Below are positions 8,735 to 17,581 of a DNA stretch of 40,043 nucleotides, in pieces; the first letter of the stretch is position 1; each line of letters begins with the position of its first letter. Under the pieces are notes generated by a model. It was not told the DNA's origin and searched no databases. It was given only the letters and a program-made list of their open reading frames with translations. The position numbers were made by a program, and so were the translations under genes. Source of the stretch: a virus (taxonomy: Duplodnaviria > Caudoviricetes); the IMG/VR virus record IMGVR_UViG_3300037423_001244, positions 1 through 40,043 of that record; one strand, written 5' to 3'.

Positions 8735-9873
8735 TGGCGAGCCCCTACCGCTTCACCGTCTACGACAAGGCCTTCCAGTTCCAGGGCTTCGTCGGGAACC
8801 CGACGGCGGCCACGATCACGCCCCGCCACAACCAGCAGGGCACGGCCTCCCTCACCGTGAACGCCGGGCATCGCATGGTCAAGGCCCTCACGGATCCGGG
8901 CGCCCGCGTCCTCATCGAGCACCGTCCCGCTCCCGGTGCGGACTGGGAGTTCCTGATGTCCGGCTGGGTCACCGCCGCGAACGGCGACGGCCCGATGATC
9001 AAGGCGACCGTGACCGTGCAGATCGCCGACGACGGGATCCTCCTCGCCGACACCCGCGGCTGGCCGGTCCCCTCGCAGCCGATCACGAACCAGTCCGCCG
9101 CCGAGTACGACACCCGCACCGGCAAGGCCGAGACGATCCTCAAGGGGTTCGTCACAGCCAACGCCGTGAACCGCCTCGGCCTCCCGGTCACAGTAGCCAC
9201 CGACCTCGGCCGCGGCGCGACCGTCCCGGGCGGTGTCGCGCTCCGCAACGAGACCCTCGCCGAGAAGCTACTCCCCGTGCTCGACACCGCCGGGATCGGG
9301 GTGACCGTCCGGCAGCTGGGCGCCGGTCTCGTCCTCGACGTCTACGAGCCCCGCACCTACCCGCACGCCCTCTCCGAGAAAGCCGGGACCATCACCGAGT
9401 GGTCCTGGCGCACCGGGGCCCCTACAGCCACCCGCGCCGTCGCCGGCGGCAGGGGCGAAGGGACCGCCCGGGTGTTCGCCCCGTATGTCGACAGCGCCCT
9501 CGAATCCGAGTGGGGCCGGATCGTCGAGGGCTATCGCGACGCGACCGACGCCGACACCACGGCCGACCTCACCGCTAGGGCACAGCAGGAGGTCACCGAG
9601 AACGCGCCACGCGCCGGCTTCTCGGTCAAGCTCTCGCAATCCAAGACGTTCCGCTACGGCGGGCAGAACGGGGTCCGCGTCGGCGACATCGTTACCGTCG
9701 ACATCGGCGGCCAGCTCAAGACCGACGTCCTGCGCGAGTGCACCCTGGCCTACAACCGCGACAGCGGCCCCACCCAGACCCCGGTGATCGGCGACATCGA
9801 CCAGACGACAGACCACGCACTCGTCCGCATTGTCCGCGGCATCCGCGACAGCGTGAACAGGATCAGGAGATAA
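8734..9873 (+). CDS. Minor tail protein (siphovirus Gp37-like hub)
   Basis: ATRAVAGGRGEGTAR, FRYG...VGDIVTV motifs; start may be 8731. Confidence 0.8.
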   Translation: MASPYRFTVYDKAFQFQGFVGNPTAATITPRHNQQGTASLTVNAGHRMVKALTDPGARVLIEHRPAPGADWEFLMSGWVTAANGDGPMIKATVTVQIADDGILLADTRGWPVPSQPITNQSAAEYDTRTGKAETILKGFVTANAVNRLGLPVTVATDLGRGATVPGGVALRNETLAEKLLPVLDTAGIGVTVRQLGAGLVLDVYEPRTYPHALSEKAGTITEWSWRTGAPTATRAVAGGRGEGTARVFAPYVDSALESEWGRIVEGYRDATDADTTADLTARAQQEVTENAPRAGFSVKLSQSKTFRYGGQNGVRVGDIVTVDIGGQLKTDVLRECTLAYNRDSGPTQTPVIGDIDQTTDHALVRIVRGIRDSVNRIRR

Positions 9874-9877
9874 CCCC

Positions 9878-10831
9878 ATGGCCATCACAAGCTACGGCGG
9901 CTTCGACGGGACCCCGATCACCGAGACCCAGTTCGGGCTCAGCATCCCGAACTGGGCCAACCAGATGGGCGTCGTCGGCGCCGGCGACTGGAAGGTCACG
10001 GCCGGGTCGAACCCGGGGCAGCTGAACATCGCTCCCGGCACTGGCTGGGCGTACGGAGTCACCACCGTCTCCGATGCCATCGCCTCCCCCATCCAGTCGT
10101 CCCTCCCCACCGGGTCGGGTGCGACCCGCTGGGACCTCGTGGCCATGCGCCGCGACTGGCAGCCCCCGGGCGGCACCGCGGACTTCGTGATCGTCCAGGG
10201 CTCCCCCACCAAGCAGCTCCCCGCCGCAGCCGCGGCACCGGGTAGCGCGGGACGGCAGGTCTTCCCTGGCGTCATCCACGACCAGCCCCTCGCGCTCGTG
10301 CAGTGGACCGCCGGGTACTCGAAGCCGACGCAGATCATCGACCTGCGCGTCTGGGCCGCGAACGGCGGCATGGTGGCCAAGGACGCTCTCGTGCAGACGT
10401 TCCTCGATCAGGTCGGCACCCAGGTCACCATCGGCGGTCAGGAGTGGGTCCGGGAGCTCGACTCGAACGGGGCACCGAAGTGGTCCAACGTCACCACCGA
10501 CCCCGATGCACCGGGCCCGTGGGTGAACATCGGCGCAGCGAACGGCTGGACCAACCTCATCGGCCGGTGCCGGAAGCTGGCCCGCGGCACCATGCTCCAG
10601 GTCGACCTCGAGACGAAGTACTCGGGGAAGCTGCAGCCGATGCGTGGCTGGTTCATCGGATACCTGCCAGCGGGGTACAAACCCGCGACCCCGCAGATTG
10701 TCACTGGGCTGATGGGGCCGAACTACGACTACGCGGCAACGGTGTGGATCGGCCCGAATGACATCCAGATCGCTGGCCCGGGTGACACGAACACGGCGTT
10801 CAAGATCTGCACTGTGGTGGCGCTCCAGTGA
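9878..10831 (+). CDS. Minor tail/baseplate protein
   Basis: TRWDLVAMRRDW, IIDLRVW motifs of actinophage minor tails; C-terminal beta-rich domain. Confidence 0.75.
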   Translation: MAITSYGGFDGTPITETQFGLSIPNWANQMGVVGAGDWKVTAGSNPGQLNIAPGTGWAYGVTTVSDAIASPIQSSLPTGSGATRWDLVAMRRDWQPPGGTADFVIVQGSPTKQLPAAAAAPGSAGRQVFPGVIHDQPLALVQWTAGYSKPTQIIDLRVWAANGGMVAKDALVQTFLDQVGTQVTIGGQEWVRELDSNGAPKWSNVTTDPDAPGPWVNIGAANGWTNLIGRCRKLARGTMLQVDLETKYSGKLQPMRGWFIGYLPAGYKPATPQIVTGLMGPNYDYAATVWIGPNDIQIAGPGDTNTAFKICTVVALQ

Positions 10832-10858
10832 CCCCGGCAGCAGAGGACGGATAGACGT

Positions 10859-11149
10859 GTGGACCTTCAAGCAGCCGGGGGGCTGCTCACCGCTATCGGT
10901 GGATTCCTCGGGATCGTCGGTGGCGGCGTCGCATGGCTCGTCAACCGCGCCGACAAGCGCCGCGAGCAGAACGAGACCAACGTGATAGCCACCCTCAAGG
11001 AACGCATCGAGGAGCTCAAGGCGGCCCTGCGCCGCGCCGAGCAGAAAGCGCACGCTCTCCGTCGCACCGCGGGGCGGTGGCGAGAGCAGCTCATCGCGCA
11101 CAACATCACACCGGACCCCGCCGACTGGCCGGAGGAGCCCAATGAGTGA
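10859..11149 (+). CDS. Membrane protein with coiled coil (lysis cassette)
   Basis: N-terminal TM then heptad-rich region; precedes endolysin. Confidence 0.7.
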   Translation: MDLQAAGGLLTAIGGFLGIVGGGVAWLVNRADKRREQNETNVIATLKERIEELKAALRRAEQKAHALRRTAGRWREQLIAHNITPDPADWPEEPNE

Positions 11150-11903
11150 ACACGAGCGCGATGCCCTGCTCGAGCAGCAGGAGGCTAGCCTGCGCCGCCG
11201 CAACCGCGCCGTGCGCCGGCGGAACATCGTCTTCGTCGCCGTCGCAACGCTGGCGCTGATCCTCGCCGCCGTGTCGGCCGGACTCGCGATGGAGAACCAT
11301 CGCCTGGCCGCCGATGCGGAGCGGTACGCGGCGACGCAGAGCATCGAGAAGCAGAACCTCGCCGAGGAGTTCGCCACAGCCTGCGCCCGCGAGGACTTCG
11401 CGAGCACGACGGCGGGAAAGAACATCTGCCGCAAGGCCGCCGACGTCGCAGCGTCCCCCTCCCCCTCGACTGGCCCGGCCGGCCCCGCGGGCAGGGACGG
11501 GATCGACGGCAAGGACGGGATCGACGGCAAGGACGGCACTCAAGGGCCGCCCGGGTCACAGGGCCCGCAGGGGCCCCAAGGCGACACCGGGGACGACGGC
11601 GCTGCCGGACGGACCGGGGCATCCGGCACCAATGGGCAGGACGGCGCGCAGGGCCTAACCGGAGCGCCCGGCGCCCAGGGCGCGGAAGGACCACAAGGGC
11701 CTCCCGGTGCGGCGGGCGCGAAGGGCGACACAGGCCCCGCCGGACCGGCCGGGCCAAAGGGCGACAGCGGAGCCACCGGCGAGACTGGCCCGGCCCCGAG
11801 CTCCTTCACCTTCACCGACGCGCTTGGGTCCACCTACACGTGCACCCCGAACCCGCCCGGATCAACCACCTACACCTGCTCGAATGGAGGACCGATCCGA
11901 TGA
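11142..11903 (+). CDS. Membrane-anchored collagen-like (Gly-X-Y) protein
   Basis: One TM, coiled coil, long Gly-X-Y tract, Cys-containing C-terminus. Confidence 0.8.
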   Translation: MSEHERDALLEQQEASLRRRNRAVRRRNIVFVAVATLALILAAVSAGLAMENHRLAADAERYAATQSIEKQNLAEEFATACAREDFASTTAGKNICRKAADVAASPSPSTGPAGPAGRDGIDGKDGIDGKDGTQGPPGSQGPQGPQGDTGDDGAAGRTGASGTNGQDGAQGLTGAPGAQGAEGPQGPPGAAGAKGDTGPAGPAGPKGDSGATGETGPAPSSFTFTDALGSTYTCTPNPPGSTTYTCSNGGPIR

Positions 11904-12493
11904 GACCCGTAGACGAGAGATGGCCGGTGTCCCAACAGTTCGGCGAGGGCGCAACCCAAGGCGTCGGCCCGGGGGATCCGATGTGGCCCTACGTCCAGCG
12001 GTACGGGAACTACCAGCCCTTTGGGCACGCCGGGATGGACATCGCCTGCCCGGAAGGCACAGAGGTCAGGGCCATCGCCGCGGGCACCGTCCTCTGGGCG
12101 GACTGGGGCACGAGCCTTCCCGGCGACGAGACCGACGCCGGATACCGCCGCCGCTGGTACCTCTACAAGGGATTCCCCGGCATCGTCACCCTCATCCAGC
12201 ACCCCGACTGGATTAGCGTCTACGCCCACCTCTCCCGGGCAGACCTGAATCCCGGCGACCGGGTCACCGAGGGGCAGCGCATCGGCCTGTCCGGCGGCAC
12301 CGGCGGAGTCGACCCGCACCTCCACGTCGAGGCCCTCGTCAACATGAGCTACCGCACCGGCGGCGGACTCATTTACGGCCGCACCGATCCGGCGCCCTAC
12401 TTCGGCTCGCTGCACGTCCAGGCGGCCAGCGACGCCCCGATCCCGGCCAAGCCGCGGTACCTCATCCCCGGTCTGGACATCCCCCTCCCCTGA
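11900..12493 (+). CDS. Endolysin, M23 peptidase
   Basis: HAGMD, YAHL and PHLH zinc motifs; ATGA overlap with upstream gene; GGAGG RBS. Confidence 0.9.
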   Translation: MRPVDERWPVSQQFGEGATQGVGPGDPMWPYVQRYGNYQPFGHAGMDIACPEGTEVRAIAAGTVLWADWGTSLPGDETDAGYRRRWYLYKGFPGIVTLIQHPDWISVYAHLSRADLNPGDRVTEGQRIGLSGGTGGVDPHLHVEALVNMSYRTGGGLIYGRTDPAPYFGSLHVQAASDAPIPAKPRYLIPGLDIPLP

Positions 12494-12504
12494 AAGGCAA
12501 GGCA

Positions 12505-12861
12505 ATGGCTGATCTCCCCGCTGGCAACCTCAAGTCCAGCACGAACCAGCAGAAGCTCGACGACATCTGGTGGCGCGAGTGCACCACCGAGGGGAAGAAG
12601 ATCCCCGTCTACGACCAGTACGGCAAGGTGGTCGGCGACACGAGCCGCGACAACGAGGCCTCGTGGAACCGGACGAACTTCGCCCGCCTCTCCGGCCAGA
12701 TCGCAGGTCTCCTCGAGGCCGTCAAGCAGCTCGCGGCCAAGCAGGGCGGCGCCATCGACATGGAGGCCGTCAAGCAGGCATCCAAGGAAGGCGCGGCCGA
12801 GGCGATCGCCGAGGGCATCACGGTCGACGTCACCGTGAACGGGGCACCCTCCAATGGGTGA
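12505..12861 (+). CDS. Hypothetical lysis-cassette protein resembling an endolysin C-terminal region
   Basis: AVKQLAAKQGGAIDMEAVKQASKEGAAEAIAE helical segment; between endolysin and holin. Confidence 0.6.
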   Translation: MADLPAGNLKSSTNQQKLDDIWWRECTTEGKKIPVYDQYGKVVGDTSRDNEASWNRTNFARLSGQIAGLLEAVKQLAAKQGGAIDMEAVKQASKEGAAEAIAEGITVDVTVNGAPSNG

Positions 12862-13117
12862 CCACGTCGCAGAGTCCTCGACCCCGACGCAGGCCGCGCA
12901 CCCGTGGCGGGCCACCGTGCGCACGGTCCTCGCCGCCGTGGTCGGTCTCGCGCTCCTTGCGCCGACGGTCGCGCACGAGCTCGGCGTCGAGTCCATCCCG
13001 TGGGTGGCCGGCGCGCTCGCCCTGATCGCGGCTGTGACCCGCGTCCTCGCCCTGCCCGGGGTGATCGCGTGGACCGAACGCTTCCTCCCGTGGCTCGCCC
13101 CGTCCAAGACCGACTGA
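12854..13117 (+). CDS. Holin
   Basis: 87 aa, two TMs, TQAAHPWRATVRT...VTRVLALPGV...PWLA actinophage holin pattern. Confidence 0.8.
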   Translation: MGDHVAESSTPTQAAHPWRATVRTVLAAVVGLALLAPTVAHELGVESIPWVAGALALIAAVTRVLALPGVIAWTERFLPWLAPSKTD

Positions 13118-13121
13118 GCAG

Positions 13122-13156
13122 GCAGCAGGCGCCGCACCCTCCGCGGCGCCTGCTGC
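13122..13156 (+). terminator. 14-bp stem hairpin after holin
   Basis: GCAGCAGGCGCCGC-ACCCTCC-GCGGCGCCTGCTGC. Confidence 0.6.
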
Positions 13157-13254
13157 TCCGCTCCGCCCTGCACCGCCCCTGACCCGCCTCCGTTGGTGGA
13201 GCAGGACCCGAACCCACCGCCCCGAGCCCGGGGCCGATCGTGAGGAGCCTTTCC

Positions 13255-13938
13255 TTGGCCGACACCTACCCGATTGAGTCCCAACTCGTCATCAGCACCA
13301 GCGGGCAGCTGATCCCTGGGGGCAAGGTCTACGTCTACGACTCCGACGACATCGGCAACACGACCCCGCTCGAACTCGCGGACCCGAACGGGCTCCCCAT
13401 CGCGAACCCCATCACGGCGTCGCCGATCTCCACCACGCCAGAGATCCGCGCCCCGCTCGCGCTCGTGAAGATGGTCGGCGAGAACGGCGCCCAGCTGACC
13501 GTCCTCTCCGCCAAGGGCGTCGTCGAGCAGCTCGCCGCGCTCAAGCAGTTCATAGAGACGATCGGCGTCGGCGGGGCGGTGGCCGGAGACACTGCAGGCG
13601 CGACGTTCGACACCGCCACCGGGGAGTTCTTCTTCACACTGCCCAAGGGCGAACCGGGCCCGGTCGACTTCCGCAGCATCGCCCGCAACCCCGACCTGAT
13701 CATCACCGGCGCAGTCACCCGCGACGCGAACGGGGCCGCCACCTCGGCGCCAGTGACTTGGCCTGACAGTACCCCCGGGACCTACACCGCCACGGCACTC
13801 TCCACGGCGTTTCCCGGCGCCGTGGACGGCTACCAGATCACCTACGGCTCACCAGCCACCCGCACCTACACGCAGCCGACCATCACCCGCGACTCCACAG
13901 GAGCCGCCATCAACGTCCCGGCCATCACGGTCAGCTAA
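13255..13938 (+). CDS. Putative tail spike/fibre adaptor protein
   Basis: GAGGAG RBS before TTG 13255; GGKVYVYD N-terminus and Thr-rich beta C-terminal domain. Confidence 0.55.
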   Translation: MADTYPIESQLVISTSGQLIPGGKVYVYDSDDIGNTTPLELADPNGLPIANPITASPISTTPEIRAPLALVKMVGENGAQLTVLSAKGVVEQLAALKQFIETIGVGGAVAGDTAGATFDTATGEFFFTLPKGEPGPVDFRSIARNPDLIITGAVTRDANGAATSAPVTWPDSTPGTYTATALSTAFPGAVDGYQITYGSPATRTYTQPTITRDSTGAAINVPAITVS

Positions 13939-13950
13939 GGAGGCATCATC

Positions 13951-15168
13951 GTGGGAATCCTTGACGCCCCCGCGCAGGCACAAAGCACCCCAGGGAACGC
14001 CGCCACTCGCATCTTCGGCGGCCGCATGGGCACCGTGGACAACTCCACCCAGCAGACCTTCCAGATCACCACCGAGCTACAGACGGACTTCGACGCGGTC
14101 CGCCCGATCTTCGCGTCCACCGACACGAACATCTCGCACGCCATCCGCATGGTCTCCGCCTCGGCGCCGGCGAGCGCTGCCGACCTGAACAACTCCTCCG
14201 GGACATGGGTCCAGGGGTTCCGGGCCGGGCTGGGCAGGATCTACGCCGGCGTCGCGCCGGGAGTGGGCCGGATCTGCTACAGCACGACGGACTGGATCTA
14301 CCTTCCGTCGCGGCCGCGCACCGACGGCGGGAAGAACCCGCTCGTGTCCATCCGCGCTTTCTTCAACGCCTCGAGCACCCTGCCCGCCTACGGCAACGGC
14401 GCCGACAGCTTCACGAACTGGGCCACCCGCACGGACGGGCGCAAGTGGGTAGCGCGGCAGCAGGCAGGCCTCCACGTCACCACGACGTCCGGGTTCACCA
14501 CGACGGCGAACCTCTCCCAGTCGCCCATCGTCGGCGTCCAGTACCTCGCCCGCGGGAAGGTCATCACCGTGGCCGCCGTCGGCGACTCCATCACGGACGG
14601 CCGCGGCAGCTACCTCGGCGAGGGCTTCATCATGCCCGTGACCGAGGCGCTCACGAACGGGAACACCGCCGTCGAGTACATGAACTGCGGATGGTCCACC
14701 CAGACGATGGCCGTCTTCGCCGAGAGGGCCATCGACGTCCTCGAATCCCCACTCAAGCCCAGCGTGCTCGTCATGCCGGCGGGCTCCCCGAACGACGTCT
14801 CCGGGGCCATCACGCAGGCGCACATCGACGCGATGCGCGGGCAGCGGTCCCGGGTGCAGAAGGCCGCGAAAGACCACGGCGTGCCGCTCGTGCTGTGGAC
14901 TTGGCTGCCCTCCGACTCGTCGGTGAAGCCCTACGGCACCAGCGACTCGCTCCGCACGGCCTACAACGCCGAGGCGCTCGCGCAGGACGGCAAGGGATTC
15001 ATCGTCGCGGACACGGCGGCGGTGTTCGGCGGCGCGACGTCGGGCGGCCAGATCCAGATCGGGGCCGGGCTCTCAACGGACGGCATCCACCCGAACGACG
15101 CCGGGAACGCGGCGCTGAGGAACGTCATCCGCCAGGCCATCCAGCGAGCCATGAAAGTGAGTGCCTGA
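13951..15168 (+). CDS. SGNH/GDSL hydrolase (putative virion esterase)
   Basis: VGDSITDG block I, GSPND block III, DGIHPN block V; N-terminal beta domain. Confidence 0.85.
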   Translation: MGILDAPAQAQSTPGNAATRIFGGRMGTVDNSTQQTFQITTELQTDFDAVRPIFASTDTNISHAIRMVSASAPASAADLNNSSGTWVQGFRAGLGRIYAGVAPGVGRICYSTTDWIYLPSRPRTDGGKNPLVSIRAFFNASSTLPAYGNGADSFTNWATRTDGRKWVARQQAGLHVTTTSGFTTTANLSQSPIVGVQYLARGKVITVAAVGDSITDGRGSYLGEGFIMPVTEALTNGNTAVEYMNCGWSTQTMAVFAERAIDVLESPLKPSVLVMPAGSPNDVSGAITQAHIDAMRGQRSRVQKAAKDHGVPLVLWTWLPSDSSVKPYGTSDSLRTAYNAEALAQDGKGFIVADTAAVFGGATSGGQIQIGAGLSTDGIHPNDAGNAALRNVIRQAIQRAMKVSA

Positions 15169-15773
15169 TGATTCCCAAGGCAGACCTGCCCCTGTTCCCG
15201 ATCATCGACACCGACGCGTTCATCACCCGCTCGGGGGTGTGGGTGTATGCGGCCTCGACCGCCGGGTCGTGGACGATCTCGAAGATCACCGCGGGACCGC
15301 GCTCGGACGCGCAGCTCCACTTTGTCAGGGTGCGCCCCACGGCCGGGCCGCTGACGATCACCACGACCGGCTCGGACACGTTCTACTACGCGGGTGCGTC
15401 GCTCTCGAGCATCACGATCCCGCCCGGACAGTCGGCGCTGATCACCCCGGCGAGCGGCGGCAACTGGGAAGTGTTCTACCTCTCTGCCGCCCTCTTCCAG
15501 GCTGTGAAGACTTCGAGCACGGCGAGCCTGACACTTGCCCGGGACGCGAGCGTGTACGTCAACACGGGCGCGGCAGCGACTTGGACGCTCCCGGCTGTGG
15601 CGAACAACGCCGGCCTGACGTACCGGATCAAGAACCGCGGAACGGGCGCCATCACGCTGCAGCGCGCCGGGTCGGATCAGCTCTACGACACCGCAGCGCA
15701 GACCAGCATCAGCGTTGCGCCCGGCGCGTCCGTGACTGTGATCAACGATGGGACCTACTGGGTCGTGGCCTAG
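15168..15773 (+). CDS. Putative tail fibre/receptor-binding protein with two tandem beta domains
   Basis: TGATG coupling; two similar halves (TITTTGSDTF...SITIPPGQSA...NW and TLQRAGSDQL...SISVAPGASV...YW). Confidence 0.6.
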   Translation: MIPKADLPLFPIIDTDAFITRSGVWVYAASTAGSWTISKITAGPRSDAQLHFVRVRPTAGPLTITTTGSDTFYYAGASLSSITIPPGQSALITPASGGNWEVFYLSAALFQAVKTSSTASLTLARDASVYVNTGAAATWTLPAVANNAGLTYRIKNRGTGAITLQRAGSDQLYDTAAQTSISVAPGASVTVINDGTYWVVA

Positions 15774-16546
15774 TCGCACGCGTCGGCGAATGCGGCGAGG
15801 TCATCAGCATTGAAGTGGCTCGGGTCTCCATGCTCCCCGGCCACGGTGAGCGTGGAGACATCCAGCCCTGAGGCGGCGAGCCTGTCTGCGTTGGCTTCCT
15901 TCGGGACCCAAGTGTCCGCGGGGGACGCGAGGACACGGTAGCGTGCAGCGGTGGGCAGCCTGCCCAGGTTCTCGACGGGGATGTGCTCCGCGGGCGGGCC
16001 GGATGCTCCCCACACCTTGGCGATCTCCTCGCTGGACCTGGGGACTCTCTCCACTGTGCGCTGGTCGAGCACCGGCATGGTCCCGTACCAGCACTTCGGC
16101 GTCTCGCCATGAGTCATCGCGTTGAGACTGGCGAGACCTCCCATCGACCCGGCCACGAACATGGTGACCGGCGCTCCGGCTTTCTCCTCGGCCCAATCGC
16201 TCACCGCCGAGACGGCCGCCGTGGCCTCTCGGGAACCCCAGTGGTTGCCTCCAAGGTCAGCCGATACGACGGCCCACCCGGACTCCCGCAACCGGTTCAG
16301 CCACGACTCGTCCATGCGTGTGTCAGCGGTGCCGTTCTGGCCGTGGAACCAGAACGCTACAGCCTTGGCCTGCCCCGCCTTAGGAGCGTCGAGGCGCACC
16401 TTCCCGCCAGCCACGACGTCGACGGTGGTCTTGTGGGTACCTCCGCCCCCGTCCCACCCCTGGTCAATAGCGGTGACGCCGAGCCCGATGCCGGCGACGG
16501 ACAGGCAGACCGATGCCGCGACCGCGGCGTTTCCCCAACGAGACAA
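15770..16546 (-). CDS. Secreted or membrane-anchored alpha/beta hydrolase
   Basis: N-terminal hydrophobic signal; FHG, GSMGG nucleophile elbow, D and H (GEHGD); AAGGGG RBS and TGN-TAGGAT -10 upstream. Confidence 0.8.
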   Translation of the reverse strand: MSRWGNAAVAASVCLSVAGIGLGVTAIDQGWDGGGGTHKTTVDVVAGGKVRLDAPKAGQAKAVAFWFHGQNGTADTRMDESWLNRLRESGWAVVSADLGGNHWGSREATAAVSAVSDWAEEKAGAPVTMFVAGSMGGLASLNAMTHGETPKCWYGTMPVLDQRTVERVPRSSEEIAKVWGASGPPAEHIPVENLGRLPTAARYRVLASPADTWVPKEANADRLAASGLDVSTLTVAGEHGDPSHFNADDLAAFADACD

Positions 16547-16723
16547 GCTTCCCCCTTGATGCGAACAGCATCCTATCAGCGTGTTCCCAGCTTGGGTTCA
16601 GGTGCTCCGCCCAGCCCCTTCGACGGGGGGCGTGTGGGGGCTGGGACGCCATGGCGCAGCCTGGAACACGTTCTCACAGGGAGCAGCTCGACGGGACGCG
16701 CAGAACCACACTAGCACCAGCAG

Positions 16724-17017
16724 TCACTCCCGGCCGAGCCATTGAGCCTCGATGGTCCGACGTGTCACGTTGGCGGCCTCGGTCCAGATCTCGCGAGCGG
16801 TGAGGTGGTAGCTGCCATCGGCGAGGTACTGGACGAGGACGACGTCACCGGCCCAGCCCATCGCGAAGCCCTTCACGGTGCGCTCGGCTCCGTCCTCCCA
16901 CCGTAGCCGGAGCCAGACGGGCATGGGCTTCGCCGGCCGCGTTACCTGGCCATCGGGCGCTGGCGCCGCGATGGGCTCGGGCGCGTCTCGGCCGCTCGTG
17001 TCATTCAGGCCCGCCAT
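16724..17017 (-). CDS. Hypothetical protein
   Basis: PVWLRLRWEDGAERTVKGFAMGWAGDVVLVQY globular-looking core. Confidence 0.6.
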   Translation of the reverse strand: MAGLNDTSGRDAPEPIAAPAPDGQVTRPAKPMPVWLRLRWEDGAERTVKGFAMGWAGDVVLVQYLADGSYHLTAREIWTEAANVTRRTIEAQWLGRE

Positions 17018-17038
17018 GCTAGGAGAGCCCTTCCGCTG

Positions 17039-17281
17039 TCAGTCCGCGAGCAGGCCGCTGTCGAGCAGGTTCAGCAGGAACTGACAGGGCCAGGGTTCCC
17101 CGCACTTGTGGCAGTCGTCTCCGACGTATGCCCCACTGGGGCGGTGCATGTCGATCGCGGGCGCCCACATGTCGACGTTGTACCGCTGGCGCGTCGACCC
17201 ATGCCGCCGCGTTCGTTCGGCTTGCTGGAGCAGCGCCTCGTACATCGGCGCTGCGCGCTCAGCGTCGATCTGTGTCTCCAT
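17039..17281 (-). CDS. Hypothetical protein with H...CxxC...WPC zinc motif
   Basis: MHRP...CHKCGEPWPC; GAGGT RBS; TACAGT -10 upstream. Confidence 0.65.
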   Translation of the reverse strand: METQIDAERAAPMYEALLQQAERTRRHGSTRQRYNVDMWAPAIDMHRPSGAYVGDDCHKCGEPWPCQFLLNLLDSGLLAD

Positions 17282-17531
17282 CGCGTACTACCTCTGATCC
17301 CCTCCGAATAGGCCCAAATGCATCCCGCTGTCCGGTATCTCGGACCCTCAACTGTAACGTCTCCCGCACGCGCGGAGGACCGGCGCTGCCGGGTCATTGG
17401 CCGCCCGGGGAGGTTGGAGAGAAATGTGCTCCCCGGGCCGGCCGCGGAGCGGCGGACTGCTTCTGCGCCTAACCCCCTGGCTTGCGCAGCGTGCCGCTCT
17501 GCGGCATCGTACCCACCCGGCAACCATTGGA

Positions 17532-17578
17532 AACGCCGAAGGCCCCCATCCTGCACAAGGATGGGGGCCTTCGGCGTT
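17532..17578. terminator. Perfect 21-bp inverted repeat, terminator of the leftward two-gene operon
   Basis: AACGCCGAAGGCCCCCATCCT-GCACA-AGGATGGGGGCCTTCGGCGTT directly after the stop at 17582. Confidence 0.8.
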
Positions 17579-17581
17579 ATG

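Noticed and set aside
12481-12507. Programmed frameshift fusing the endolysin to 12505 at CCC-TGA
   Set aside because: A +1 shift hits a stop quickly; the downstream gene is in the -1 frame without a canonical slippery heptamer and has its own RBS
13951-15168. Lysin B
   Set aside because: LysB proteins are cutinase-like alpha/beta hydrolases; this is SGNH and lies beyond the post-holin hairpin
9878-15773. Diversity-generating retroelement or invertible tail-fibre cassette
   Set aside because: No reverse transcriptase, invertase or template/variable repeat pair recognised
16663-16674. Second SOS box (GAAC-AC-GTTC)
   Set aside because: Spacer is 2 nt rather than 4 and the flanks do not match
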